From contig JAYSWN010000234.1 in the NCBI GenBank assembly GCA_043718025.1, positions 1 to 16,996 on the forward strand: a stretch of 16,996 nt of DNA, in the 5' to 3' direction. Source of the DNA: Pseudomonadota bacterium. GTDB taxonomy: Bacteria; Bdellovibrionota; FAC87; UBA2466. Shown here in pieces: positions 9,164-16,996 of this stretch (position 1 is the stretch's first letter; every line of letters begins with the position of its first letter). The translations under genes and the position numbers were made by a program. The notes beneath the pieces are model-generated. The model searched no databases. It was not told the DNA's origin and saw nothing but the letters and a program-made list of their open reading frames with translations.

Positions 9164-9219
9164 CGCTGATTTAACGGCTATTGCCGCGAGTGCGGCGTGG
9201 GTATTTGTAGACGACAAAG

Positions 9220-10194
9220 CTAACGATTTTTGCGATGTAGTTCGAGGCCAAGGTCAAGTAGCTTCATCACTTTGTCTTCGGGGGTTTGGTTAAAAAAAAT
9301 GGCGGCGGTATCGGCGCCGTCGATTTGCCTCTGCATAAAGGCCTGCTTGAACATGGAAAAATCAAAGCGAAGCTCGGGGGTAAGTTTACCGTGAGGGTCT
9401 ATATAGTTGGCGGCGTACGTTTTGGCAGGGTCGAGATATCCCGGTATATTCGGGTCGCGAAGCTCCGGCATTTCGCGATAGAGAATGCCGTGAATTTCTA
9501 CAATTCGGGCGCGGATGCGGGACAGGCTGGGATCGGCGTCGACGCGGGCACGGCGTTCGGCTTTTTCGAAAGCTTCGCCGTGAAAAGAAATGTCGGGCCC
9601 TACGCCCGAGTAATCATCACGTTGGGTTTTGCTGTTTCCTTCTGCCGTCTCGATCCGTAAGCCTCGCCGCATTAAGGCCTCTATCCCGTAGGCCAAGTGC
9701 TCGGCGCTACCGCGGCGGGTACCGGAACGGTTGTCTACGCGGGCCACCACGCCATTTATGATTTGGGCTTCGCCGGCCGCCAGCACTTGAATTTCGGCCG
9801 CGGGGGCACCCAAACTTTCGGCCGCTTTTTGAATCAGTGAGGTGTGGGTGACTAAGTTTTTTGAAAGGTCGGCCGCCCATGCCCCTGGGGCACGTAGTCC
9901 CCACATGACGCACTCGCGTCCGCCGTGGCTTAGTACTAGATAAATATGGTGCCCATCTTTGAGATCCGATTCCCCAAATTTTTGTCCTGGCTGAAGCAAT
10001 TTTCCGAAACTCGGGATGGCGTTAGGGTATTCGGATTCGCGTTTGCTTTGAACAATTGGCGCGGGAATTCTGGGCGAAGTGAGTTGACTAGGTTCGATGT
10101 TACTAAAAAGTGTTAATCCCCGGCAGGCTGAAAAATCGTTGAGGCCAAACGCCGCCGTGGTGAAAAGCAGAAAAAATAGATTTTGGCTTAACAT
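9220..10194 (-). CDS. Secreted hypothetical protein with a toxin-like H..AAGE..NxSG domain
   Basis: Signal peptide MLSQNLFFLLFTTAAFG. Motif series HIYLV...VTH117TSL...AAGE142AQIINGVVARVDN155RSGT. Confidence 0.6.
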   Translation of the reverse strand: MLSQNLFFLLFTTAAFGLNDFSACRGLTLFSNIEPSQLTSPRIPAPIVQSKRESEYPNAIPSFGKLLQPGQKFGESDLKDGHHIYLVLSHGGRECVMWGLRAPGAWAADLSKNLVTHTSLIQKAAESLGAPAAEIQVLAAGEAQIINGVVARVDNRSGTRRGSAEHLAYGIEALMRRGLRIETAEGNSKTQRDDYSGVGPDISFHGEAFEKAERRARVDADPSLSRIRARIVEIHGILYREMPELRDPNIPGYLDPAKTYAANYIDPHGKLTPELRFDFSMFKQAFMQRQIDGADTAAIFFNQTPEDKVMKLLDLGLELHRKNR

Positions 10195-10411
10195 ATAATT
10201 TACGCCTATTTATCCTACGCTAACGCCCGTAGCAGGGGGAAGCGGTGATCAAGGCAAAGCGGGGTTATTTCTGCAATTCACCGGTGAACTGGACTCTTTT
10301 TGCGGTTTACGCTAAGCCTGGGCGGCCACGGGGATATTCCGAGTTTGAGGGCGAACTAATTTTGCTTTCTTAGCCCCATCGGGGGGCGTTTCTCTGAGAT
10401 AATTACGGTCA

Positions 10412-11779
10412 ATGAGTAAATCGGTAACGAACGGGTTTCGCGCCTTTTTTGTATTTAACTTTCTGTTTCTGGGGGCTCTGTACGCAGACCCGACCGGACC
10501 AGAACTGGTCGAAGCCCGTCTGCCTCATTTTTATAAAGCGCTGGTGGCCAGAGTCGGGGCCCCAGTCGCCGCGGAGTACCTTAGGGATTGGACCGCGGTG
10601 GACGTTGAGTTCTTTTTAGCCAAGGCGCGCGGGTTGGTTAACGCCACGGCGGCCGTGCAACGCCAGGTTCCCTCCGCCGATCAGCTTTTCGCAAAACACT
10701 CTTCTGACGTTTTTGGCATGATGGGCGAGGTGTTTGGCAATGTTCGTTCGCGGGCGCGCGCCGTTGCTCCCGCGGTCTTTATTGATGAAGTGGCCTACGT
10801 CGAGTTGAACCCCGATGGAAAAAAACCGGATGGGCTTGCTTACGAAGTGCGCGGCAAACGCCTCGTTATCCACTTCATCATGGAATCCAAAGCCGGGCTT
10901 AATGGGTACGACGCAAGTCAAATGGGCGGGGTGCTGGACCGCTGGCGAACTCTCGGCATCACCTTGCGAATCGACGGTGCGGAGCAAAAATTTTCTGCGG
11001 CCGACATTGATTTGCTGGTGAAAAGCAAAACAGGCCATGAGGTTAAGCCTTTAGTCTCTACCGCCAATGTTGACTGCGAACCGTCGGTTTTTTTAGTGGC
11101 GACGCGCGCGCACCCTAGTTTCAAAGGATCCGTGGAACTGCTGCCGATAGATTCTTCTACCCTGCGTGAAGTGATCTACTCTTACGCGGAAAATTTGCGA
11201 GAAGAGCGCCCCGTTTTTGGTTCCCGTGAAAATTTTCGAGTTCCCGAATTGCCCTCCCCACAGGAAGTTGAGGCGTATCGCCAGCAACTTGGCGACTGGG
11301 TGGGCGAGCATGGCACGTTTCCCAAAGCTGGGGGAACGTCCCATTTGGAGCAATATCTGGCCCGACAGGTAAGCAATCGCGGTGGTCAGGCCAAGACCTT
11401 CGTAAATGATCTAGACGATGCTAGCCGCCATTTTTTGGCAAGTTTAGCGCTTAAGGAGAGGTTGGCGGGTAACCGCAATGGCCGATCGCTACCCGCAATG
11501 AGCCCGCTCGAACGAATTCTTATTGCTTCTCAACCCGATGATCCCGGCGTGGTTTCAAGCCTTCGGGCCTACTTTCGCGGCTACGTTCGCACCAAAGAAA
11601 CCACGACCATTGAATCTCATCCGTTGATCACCGCCTTAAAGCGGAATCCGGCGTGGGTAACCTATTTCTCGAAAGTTTCTCCCGATGAATTGCTGCACGC
11701 GACGGTAAACGATCTCAACAGCTGCCTAGACTGGCTTTCTGTAATAGGAAAAGGCGTTTCGACCGTTCAGGGCCCCTGA
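10412..11779 (+). CDS. Secreted hypothetical protein with a PD-(D/E)xK nuclease motif
   Basis: Signal peptide ending ...FLFLGALYA. Motifs GMMGE106, KKP139D140GLAY and FIME158SK160AG in the order and spacing of the restriction-endonuclease-like fold. Confidence 0.65.
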   Translation: MSKSVTNGFRAFFVFNFLFLGALYADPTGPELVEARLPHFYKALVARVGAPVAAEYLRDWTAVDVEFFLAKARGLVNATAAVQRQVPSADQLFAKHSSDVFGMMGEVFGNVRSRARAVAPAVFIDEVAYVELNPDGKKPDGLAYEVRGKRLVIHFIMESKAGLNGYDASQMGGVLDRWRTLGITLRIDGAEQKFSAADIDLLVKSKTGHEVKPLVSTANVDCEPSVFLVATRAHPSFKGSVELLPIDSSTLREVIYSYAENLREERPVFGSRENFRVPELPSPQEVEAYRQQLGDWVGEHGTFPKAGGTSHLEQYLARQVSNRGGQAKTFVNDLDDASRHFLASLALKERLAGNRNGRSLPAMSPLERILIASQPDDPGVVSSLRAYFRGYVRTKETTTIESHPLITALKRNPAWVTYFSKVSPDELLHATVNDLNSCLDWLSVIGKGVSTVQGP

Positions 11780-11856
11780 TTTTACTCGCGGTTAAATTCT
11801 CCCCCAAATCGTGGTAGACCTTGGGCCGTTCAATCTGCAAATCAGGAGAGACTTAA

Positions 11857-12363
11857 ATGACTTATGAATTTATTCCCCAGTTTAGCAAAATGCTAACTAA
11901 CCTCTCGGCTATGCTAGACAAGGCTCAGGCCTTTGCCGATAGCAAAAAATTTGACGCCAAAAACCTACTCACCGACCGCCTGGCGCCCGACCAATTTGAT
12001 TTTACCCGCCAAGTGCAGGTAACCTGTGATTCGGCTAAGGCCTACGCCGCAAAACTTACGGGAAAAGAAGCTCCTAAACACGAAGACACCGAAACTACGA
12101 TTGCCGAGCTACAGACCCGCATTCAAAAGACGGTCGCGTATTTGAATACGATCAAGGCTGAAGACTTTAAGGGGTGGGAAAACCGTCAGGTCACCAACCC
12201 AAGGCGTGAAGGCAAGTATATTACGGGCACTGACTTTGCGATGCACCAGAGCATTCCGAATTTCTATTTTCACGTGACCACGGCGTACTCGATCTTACGC
12301 ACCAACGGTTTAGAGATTGGAAAAAAGGACTTCTTGGGAGCCCTGAATTATCGAGATTTATAA
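11857..12363 (+). CDS. DUF1993 family protein (DinB-like fold)
   Basis: Motifs LTNLSAMLDKA, RLAPDQFDFTRQVQ, PNFYFHVTTAYSILR and IGKKDFLG. AGGAG Shine-Dalgarno at 11844-11848. Confidence 0.93.
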   Translation: MTYEFIPQFSKMLTNLSAMLDKAQAFADSKKFDAKNLLTDRLAPDQFDFTRQVQVTCDSAKAYAAKLTGKEAPKHEDTETTIAELQTRIQKTVAYLNTIKAEDFKGWENRQVTNPRREGKYITGTDFAMHQSIPNFYFHVTTAYSILRTNGLEIGKKDFLGALNYRDL

Positions 12364-12404
12364 TCCCGGACGACGCGAAGAAAGTTAGATGACTTAGGAT
12401 ATTC

Positions 12405-12454
12405 GTGGAGGAGGCGAAGAGGCAGTCTGTCGATAGCCCCTTCGCCTCCTCCAC
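12405..12454. terminator. 19-bp stem hairpin between convergent DUF1993 and DEAD-box genes
   Basis: GTGGAGGAGGCGAAGAGGC (12405-12423), a 12-nt loop, then GCCCCTTCGCCTCCTCCAC (12436-12454). The single mismatch becomes a G-U pair on the minus-strand RNA. There is no strong U tract. Confidence 0.6.
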
Positions 12455-12470
12455 AACTAAATATTCGCGA

Positions 12471-14411
12471 TTACGCCGAAGCCGGCTTCTCCGCACGGGG
12501 AGGCTTAGGCGTATTTATAAAAACCTTTTTTCCACCGCCACTGGGCTTAAAGCCGCCACGTTTCGGAGCCCCGGCGCTCGGACGAAAGCCGCCGCCACTG
12601 CGTTCACCACCGCCAAACTGAGAACTTCCGGTACGAAATTCCCCGCCGGCACGAAACTTTTTGAACGGCGGACGACCACCTTCTGGGCCACCCTCACCGC
12701 CGGCATTGTCACGCCGAAAACCACCCTGTCCGCCCGGGCGAAAACCGCGATCGCCGCCGCCTTCGTTAGAGTCGCGGCGAAAACCGCCGGCACCTCCGGG
12801 ACGAAATCCACGGTCGTCACCGTTGTTACGACGAAACCCACCGCCACCGCTGGGCGGTCCACCGTGCTTAAAACCACCGCGCCGAAAACCTTCGCCCCCT
12901 TGGCGAGGCCCTTCGGGCTGGAAATCAGGTGGCGGCATATTCGGCCGTTCGTCGCCTTCGTCCCTAAAACCACCGTTGGGTCGGTCGCCATCGCGACCAA
13001 ATCGTTCGGGACGGGCGCTAGAAAACTGGCCAAACCGGCGAGACGCTTCCGGACGGCGTCCCCCGTGACCGCGGGCATCGCGCTCGGGCTGAGCGTTAAG
13101 ATCGTCGCGGTCAAAATCATCAAACCATTCAGGATTGCCTTGCGCTATGAAGCGGGCGGCAATCTCTTCTTTGGTCATGGTTTCTAAGGCGGCCTTCCAC
13201 TCATCTCCGATAATCAGCGCCGCCTTTTCGTGGCGTGCGCTCTTATTGAATTTGGGCAATAGGGCGGCCACTTTTTTGGCGCAGATCTCTTTTTGATCCG
13301 GAAAACGGCCTTGTACCATTTTGGTTTTGGTCTTGGCTTCGATGCGGCTGATCAAGTGCCGTTGGCCGTAGCCAATCAAACTCATCGCCAATCCCGCTTT
13401 GCCACTACGGCCAGTGCGGCCGATGCGATGCACGTAAGAGTCGAATTCAAAAGGAATCGAGTAGTTGATCACGTGCGAGATGTCTTTCACGTCGAGTCCG
13501 CGCGCCGCTACGTCGGAGCAGATCAGAATGTTGACCGCCTTTTTCTTAAACAGGTTAAGCGTGTACTCACGTTCGCGCTGGTTCTTGTCGCCGTGCAAGC
13601 AGTCTACCTTGTAGCCACGCATCTTCATGTAGTCGGTAAGATCGGTGACCAAAGCTTTGGTCTGGCAAAAAATAAGGCCGTAAAAATCGTCGGCCATATC
13701 GATGATGCGGCAAATGCCCTTGGCTTTGTTGCGCTCTTCCACCGTAAAGTAGACTTGGCTAACCGTGCCCGAAAGCATTTCCGTGCGGTTGATCTGAACA
13801 GTTTTTGCATCGCGTAGGTAGGTGTCGGCGACGCGGCGCAAATCGGTATCCATGGTCGCCGAAAACATCCAGCGACGGCAGGTTTCGGTGGAAATCTGCT
13901 GGAGAATAAATTCTAGGGCGTCTTTAAAGCCCATCGAGATCATTTCATCGGCTTCGTCAAAAATCATGTGCGTGACGGAATCTAATTTCACCGTGCCGCG
14001 TTTGATGTGATCGATAAGCCGGCCGGGCGTTGCCACGATGATGTAGGCACCGCGTTTTAACCCGTGCAGTTGCTCCATGTAGCCGGCGCCGCCGTAAATG
14101 GCGAGGGCGGTCACTTTCTTGTGCTTTCCCATCAAGTTAATGTGCTCGGCCACTTGAATGGCGAGTTCGCGGGTGGGGCAAAGCACCACCCCTTGAGTCA
14201 CGCGTTTGGTGACGTCGATGCGCTCCAAAAGGGGAAGGCCATAAGCGGCAGTTTTTCCGGTTCCCGTGGCGGCCATTCCTAGCAAGTCGGTGGCGGGGCC
14301 CAAGAGTATAGGCAGCACGGCGGCCTGAACTGGAGTTGGTTTCGTGTAGCCCATTTCGGCAATTGCCTTCGCAATGGGATCGCTTAAGTTAAGTTCGCTA
14401 AAATTTTCCAT
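12471..14411 (-). CDS. DEAD-box ATP-dependent RNA helicase (DeaD/CshA-like) with a Gly/Arg/Phe-rich C-terminal tail
   Basis: Q motif GYTKPTPVQ, plus ATGTGKT, PTRELA, TPGR, DEAD, SAT, ARGLD and HRIGRTGR. The start is reassigned to the ATG at 14411 (MENFSELNL), the usual N-terminus for this family. Confidence 0.95.
   Translation of the reverse strand: MENFSELNLSDPIAKAIAEMGYTKPTPVQAAVLPILLGPATDLLGMAATGTGKTAAYGLPLLERIDVTKRVTQGVVLCPTRELAIQVAEHINLMGKHKKVTALAIYGGAGYMEQLHGLKRGAYIIVATPGRLIDHIKRGTVKLDSVTHMIFDEADEMISMGFKDALEFILQQISTETCRRWMFSATMDTDLRRVADTYLRDAKTVQINRTEMLSGTVSQVYFTVEERNKAKGICRIIDMADDFYGLIFCQTKALVTDLTDYMKMRGYKVDCLHGDKNQREREYTLNLFKKKAVNILICSDVAARGLDVKDISHVINYSIPFEFDSYVHRIGRTGRSGKAGLAMSLIGYGQRHLISRIEAKTKTKMVQGRFPDQKEICAKKVAALLPKFNKSARHEKAALIIGDEWKAALETMTKEEIAARFIAQGNPEWFDDFDRDDLNAQPERDARGHGGRRPEASRRFGQFSSARPERFGRDGDRPNGGFRDEGDERPNMPPPDFQPEGPRQGGEGFRRGGFKHGGPPSGGGGFRRNNGDDRGFRPGGAGGFRRDSNEGGGDRGFRPGGQGGFRRDNAGGEGGPEGGRPPFKKFRAGGEFRTGSSQFGGGERSGGGFRPSAGAPKRGGFKPSGGGKKVFINTPKPPRAEKPASA
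12708..12845 (-). repeat. Imperfect tandem peptide repeat (DRGFRPGGxGGFRRD) in the helicase tail
   Basis: The protein reads GGGFRRNNGD-DRGFRPGGAGGFRRD-SNEGGG-DRGFRPGGQGGFRRD. Confidence 0.7.
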
Positions 14412-14664
14412 AATGTGCGGCGTTAATACCACACTTAACCCAGCGATAACAGGTGACAAAAACGGGCCGAAATGGAGTAGACCCGTCGCTTTACCCAACC
14501 TAACTCGTTGTTAAGCCGCTGGTTTTAAAAGAAACGTCGAATTTTAACCGCAAAAACCGAGTTGAAAAAGGGGACGCGCTCAGCGGGAAACTGGCATGAC
14601 AAGAACCTGAAACTGCGGATAACACTAAGAATTGGGTAATTAATTCGCAATAACGGGGGAATTC

Positions 14665-15579
14665 ATGGGGAAATTACTATTTGCGGTGGCCGTCTGGTTT
14701 TTACTAGCGCCCACCGCCCACGCGGAAACACGTTTCAAACTATTGTTGTTCAGCACGCCTTGGTGCGGTGACTGCATTCGCGAAGTGCCTGAAATTGGAC
14801 GGCAGCTAAAACAAAAACTCGGAGAGGCCTACGGCGATTTAGCGGTCACCCTCTATGCCGAGACCGGTAAAAAGGCGGCCGAGCCTCCCACCGAAGAGGT
14901 GGCCGCCGAAATGGGGAAGGCTTTTGGCGTTGAATTTGCGACCGCCGCGGATCCGTGGCGTTGGCAAACCTTTCGAAAGTATTTTCCCACTGCAGCGTTA
15001 GGTATCCCGGCCTCCGTAGTGTTGGATCGGGAAGGGAACGTGCTCAAAGCGTGTAAGCCTGAGTCGTGCACGCCCGAAGAATTAACCAATTTCATTGCCG
15101 AGAAGATCCACGAGCTGCTGCCGCCCCACTCGCTCTACCTGGTCGGCGAGGCCGCGACTATCGACACCAACGGAAATTGGCTGGCCTCTTCGGTGTACTT
15201 AATTCACCGAAAAGTAATTCCCTTCGAAAAACGCGTTGAGATTGTTTCTCAGGAGTTGGGAGCCGATAAGAAAGTCATTCGCCGCACGACCCTAATGAAG
15301 GTGACCGGCAATGATTACGTAGTTACCGATCCGCAAGGCAGTTACTCAGGCGTGGGCTCGTGGATCGGCACGCCTTGGCGTTGGCAGAAATGGAAATATA
15401 CGGTTAAGTTTCCCAGCGGAGGAAGCCTCGAGGGCAATGATGAATTGTTGGAAAGTAGCTTGAAAATGCGCAAGCGGTATTTTGATAAGGGCGGTAAGCT
15501 CAGCCATTCTATTTCGGCAGACTTTTCGCTGGTAAGTCAGAAGGCCTACGAGATTCTAAGCGCTAAGCTTGCGCCCTAA
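14665..15579 (+). CDS. Exported thioredoxin/TlpA-like domain fused to a beta-rich C-terminal domain
   Basis: Signal peptide ending AHA, STPWCGDC active site, GIPASVVLDREG cis-Pro loop, and about 150 extra beta-rich residues. Confidence 0.8.
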   Translation: MGKLLFAVAVWFLLAPTAHAETRFKLLLFSTPWCGDCIREVPEIGRQLKQKLGEAYGDLAVTLYAETGKKAAEPPTEEVAAEMGKAFGVEFATAADPWRWQTFRKYFPTAALGIPASVVLDREGNVLKACKPESCTPEELTNFIAEKIHELLPPHSLYLVGEAATIDTNGNWLASSVYLIHRKVIPFEKRVEIVSQELGADKKVIRRTTLMKVTGNDYVVTDPQGSYSGVGSWIGTPWRWQKWKYTVKFPSGGSLEGNDELLESSLKMRKRYFDKGGKLSHSISADFSLVSQKAYEILSAKLAP

Positions 15580-15603
15580 ATACGATTGATAAGGAGTCAC
15601 TTC

Positions 15604-16056
15604 ATGTCAGACCATAAAGCCCGGGTAAGTTGGAAACGCGAAACTAAAGACTTTGCTTACGACACCTACGATCGCACTCACCAAGTGCGGTTTGAGGGTG
15701 GCATCACTTGTAAATCGTCATCGGCGAAAGAGTATCTGGGAAAAGCGGAACTGGTAAACCCCGAAGAGATGCTGGCCGCTGCGTTGGGCAGCTGCCACAT
15801 GCTTACCTTTTTAGCGGTGGCGGCAAAGAGCCGGCTTACGGTCGATAGCTACGAAGATAACGTAGTCGCCGTGTTGGACAAAAATGCCGCCGGAAAACTT
15901 GCGGTGACCAAAACTATTCTCCGTCCCAAAGTGGTTTTTGCAAAAGAGACGCCGGTCACTCACGAAAAGCTGGGGGAGTTGCACGATAAAGCGCATCGCA
16001 ACTGCTTTATCGCCAATTCAGTCTCCTGCGAAGTGGTGATTGAGCCCGTCGCTTAG
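15604..16056 (+). CDS. OsmC/Ohr family protein
   Basis: NPEEMLAAALGSCHMLTFL and AHRNCFIANSV supply the two catalytic Cys. The ATG at 15604 has an AAGGAG Shine-Dalgarno at 15591-15596. Confidence 0.93.
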   Translation: MSDHKARVSWKRETKDFAYDTYDRTHQVRFEGGITCKSSSAKEYLGKAELVNPEEMLAAALGSCHMLTFLAVAAKSRLTVDSYEDNVVAVLDKNAAGKLAVTKTILRPKVVFAKETPVTHEKLGELHDKAHRNCFIANSVSCEVVIEPVA

Positions 16057-16883
16057 AATTGTAATATCTGAAACGATTCGCCGCCTCGGCGATCACGCGA
16101 AACGGCAATTAAGATAACTTGGCGGCCCTCGGGCGCGGGTGACGGCGGCGTCCATTGCGAGGGGTCGACGTAACCGGTTCGGTTTTTATCGAAGGCGCCG
16201 TCGGTCGTAAACCAGCTGGTGACGATCTCTTCCGAAAAGTTTGCCGAGGTTCCGCTTAAATCTAGAAAGGCGAATGACTCGCGCGGATCCCCGGTGAACT
16301 GCGGGGTTAATGCGGCCACCGCAGTTGGCAGCGCACCCGGCGCGGCGCCATTCACCTGCACCCCGGTTAAAATGGGGCTCGTATTTTTAATTGTACGCGT
16401 GGAGACGATTATTTTTTTAAAGGCAGTGAGAAAAGACGTACCCGCGTTATCTTTCAGTTGGTAAAATACCAAGTAAGCAATTCCATTGTGTTGGTCACGC
16501 GTGCTGCGCCCGAGAAAAACGGTTAGCGGTACGGTCACGTTTATGACCGGAGCGGTTCCTACGTAATTTGGCGCCGAGAGTCCGCTAACGGCGGCGTTTT
16601 CGATTAAGCTCACTCGATCGGGCCGACCAGCGCACGTGGGTTCGGCGCCCAGATCAAGACCGGGATCGACGCAGGCCTCAACCGAGTAGGTGAGAGCTCG
16701 GCCGGCTCCATTCAAATCATTGAGCAGGGGGGTGAGTACCACGGCGGCGCCGGGAGCCACTTCCGGCGGCTCGGATTTGATGGCAATGACCCTGAGATCA
16801 CCAAGCAGTTCGTACTTGCCCAAGTCCATCCGATTGCAGCCGCCCAGAACAGTGGCCAGTAGTGCATAGAGAATAATTCGCAT
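16053..16883 (-). CDS. Lipoprotein associated with a TonB-dependent receptor
   Basis: Lipobox LGGC, then LRVIAIKSEPPEVAPG, and a C-terminal WFTTDG..WTPP..VSRDRRGG. Its start overlaps the receptor stop as TAATG, and its stop overlaps the convergent OsmC stop. Confidence 0.75.
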   Translation of the reverse strand: MRIILYALLATVLGGCNRMDLGKYELLGDLRVIAIKSEPPEVAPGAAVVLTPLLNDLNGAGRALTYSVEACVDPGLDLGAEPTCAGRPDRVSLIENAAVSGLSAPNYVGTAPVINVTVPLTVFLGRSTRDQHNGIAYLVFYQLKDNAGTSFLTAFKKIIVSTRTIKNTSPILTGVQVNGAAPGALPTAVAALTPQFTGDPRESFAFLDLSGTSANFSEEIVTSWFTTDGAFDKNRTGYVDPSQWTPPSPAPEGRQVILIAVSRDRRGGESFQILQF

Positions 16884-16996
16884 TAGAACTCTCCCTTAAA
16901 GCCGAGGGTTGGAAATACCGGTAGCCCCGTTATTTTTGAGGTGCGGCGAAAATCGTAAGAGTAGCTTAGCTGCTCGGCATTAGCGTTGTTGGTAAG
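16883..16996 (-). CDS. C-terminal fragment of a probable TonB-dependent receptor (5' truncated)
   Basis: Translated by hand as LTNNANAEQLSYSYDFRRTSKITGLPVFPTLGFKGEF*. The N..N.E...Y.YD...GLP..P..G...F ending is typical of TonB-dependent receptor C-termini. Confidence 0.75.
   Translation of the reverse strand, partial: LTNNANAEQLSYSYDFRRTSKITGLPVFPTLGFKGEF

Noticed and set aside
11857..12363. DUF1993 as the immunity protein for the upstream nuclease
   Set aside because: It is a widespread stand-alone family with its own RBS and a 77-bp gap. Adjacency is the only support, though it is kept as an experimental control.
12405..13187. Long overlapping ORFs (260, 202 and 135 aa) over the helicase tail
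   Set aside because: GC-rich low-complexity Gly/Arg codons deplete stop codons in the other frames, and the products look non-biological.
14412..14498. 29-aa TTG-start extension of the DEAD-box helicase
   Set aside because: Family similarity begins at MENFSELNL, so this stretch is probably promoter or 5' UTR.
16053..16056. Overlapping stop codons of convergent OsmC and lipoprotein genes
   Set aside because: This is a common compact arrangement with no evidence of a special function.

Overview
This is a gene-dense bacterial window of roughly 50-55% GC (estimated by eye). The many secreted orphan proteins and a TonB-receptor/lipoprotein pair suggest a Bdellovibrionota or Myxococcota-like organism, which is inference only. 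From left to right it holds a partial SUI1/YciH translation factor (missing from the ORF track), a 12-blade NHL-like beta-propeller lipoprotein coupled to a small outer-membrane beta-barrel gene, and an atypical Zn-finger SDR. These are followed by YaiI/YqxD, two coupled GT-C-fold membrane glycosyltransferases, a divergent pair of signal-peptide-bearing orphan genes, DUF1993 and a DEAD-box helicase with an RG/RGG-rich tail. The window ends with an exported thioredoxin fusion, OsmC, a lipoprotein and the 3' end of a TonB-dependent receptor. The most notable feature is the divergent pair at 9220-11779. One gene encodes an exported protein with a PD-(D/E)xK nuclease motif and a helicase-associated-like segment. 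The other encodes an exported protein with an H..AAGE..NxSG motif resembling Rhs C-terminal and IQM-type domains. No obvious immunity gene is present, so the pair is a candidate secreted effector module. No rRNA, tRNA, CRISPR array or mobile element was seen.
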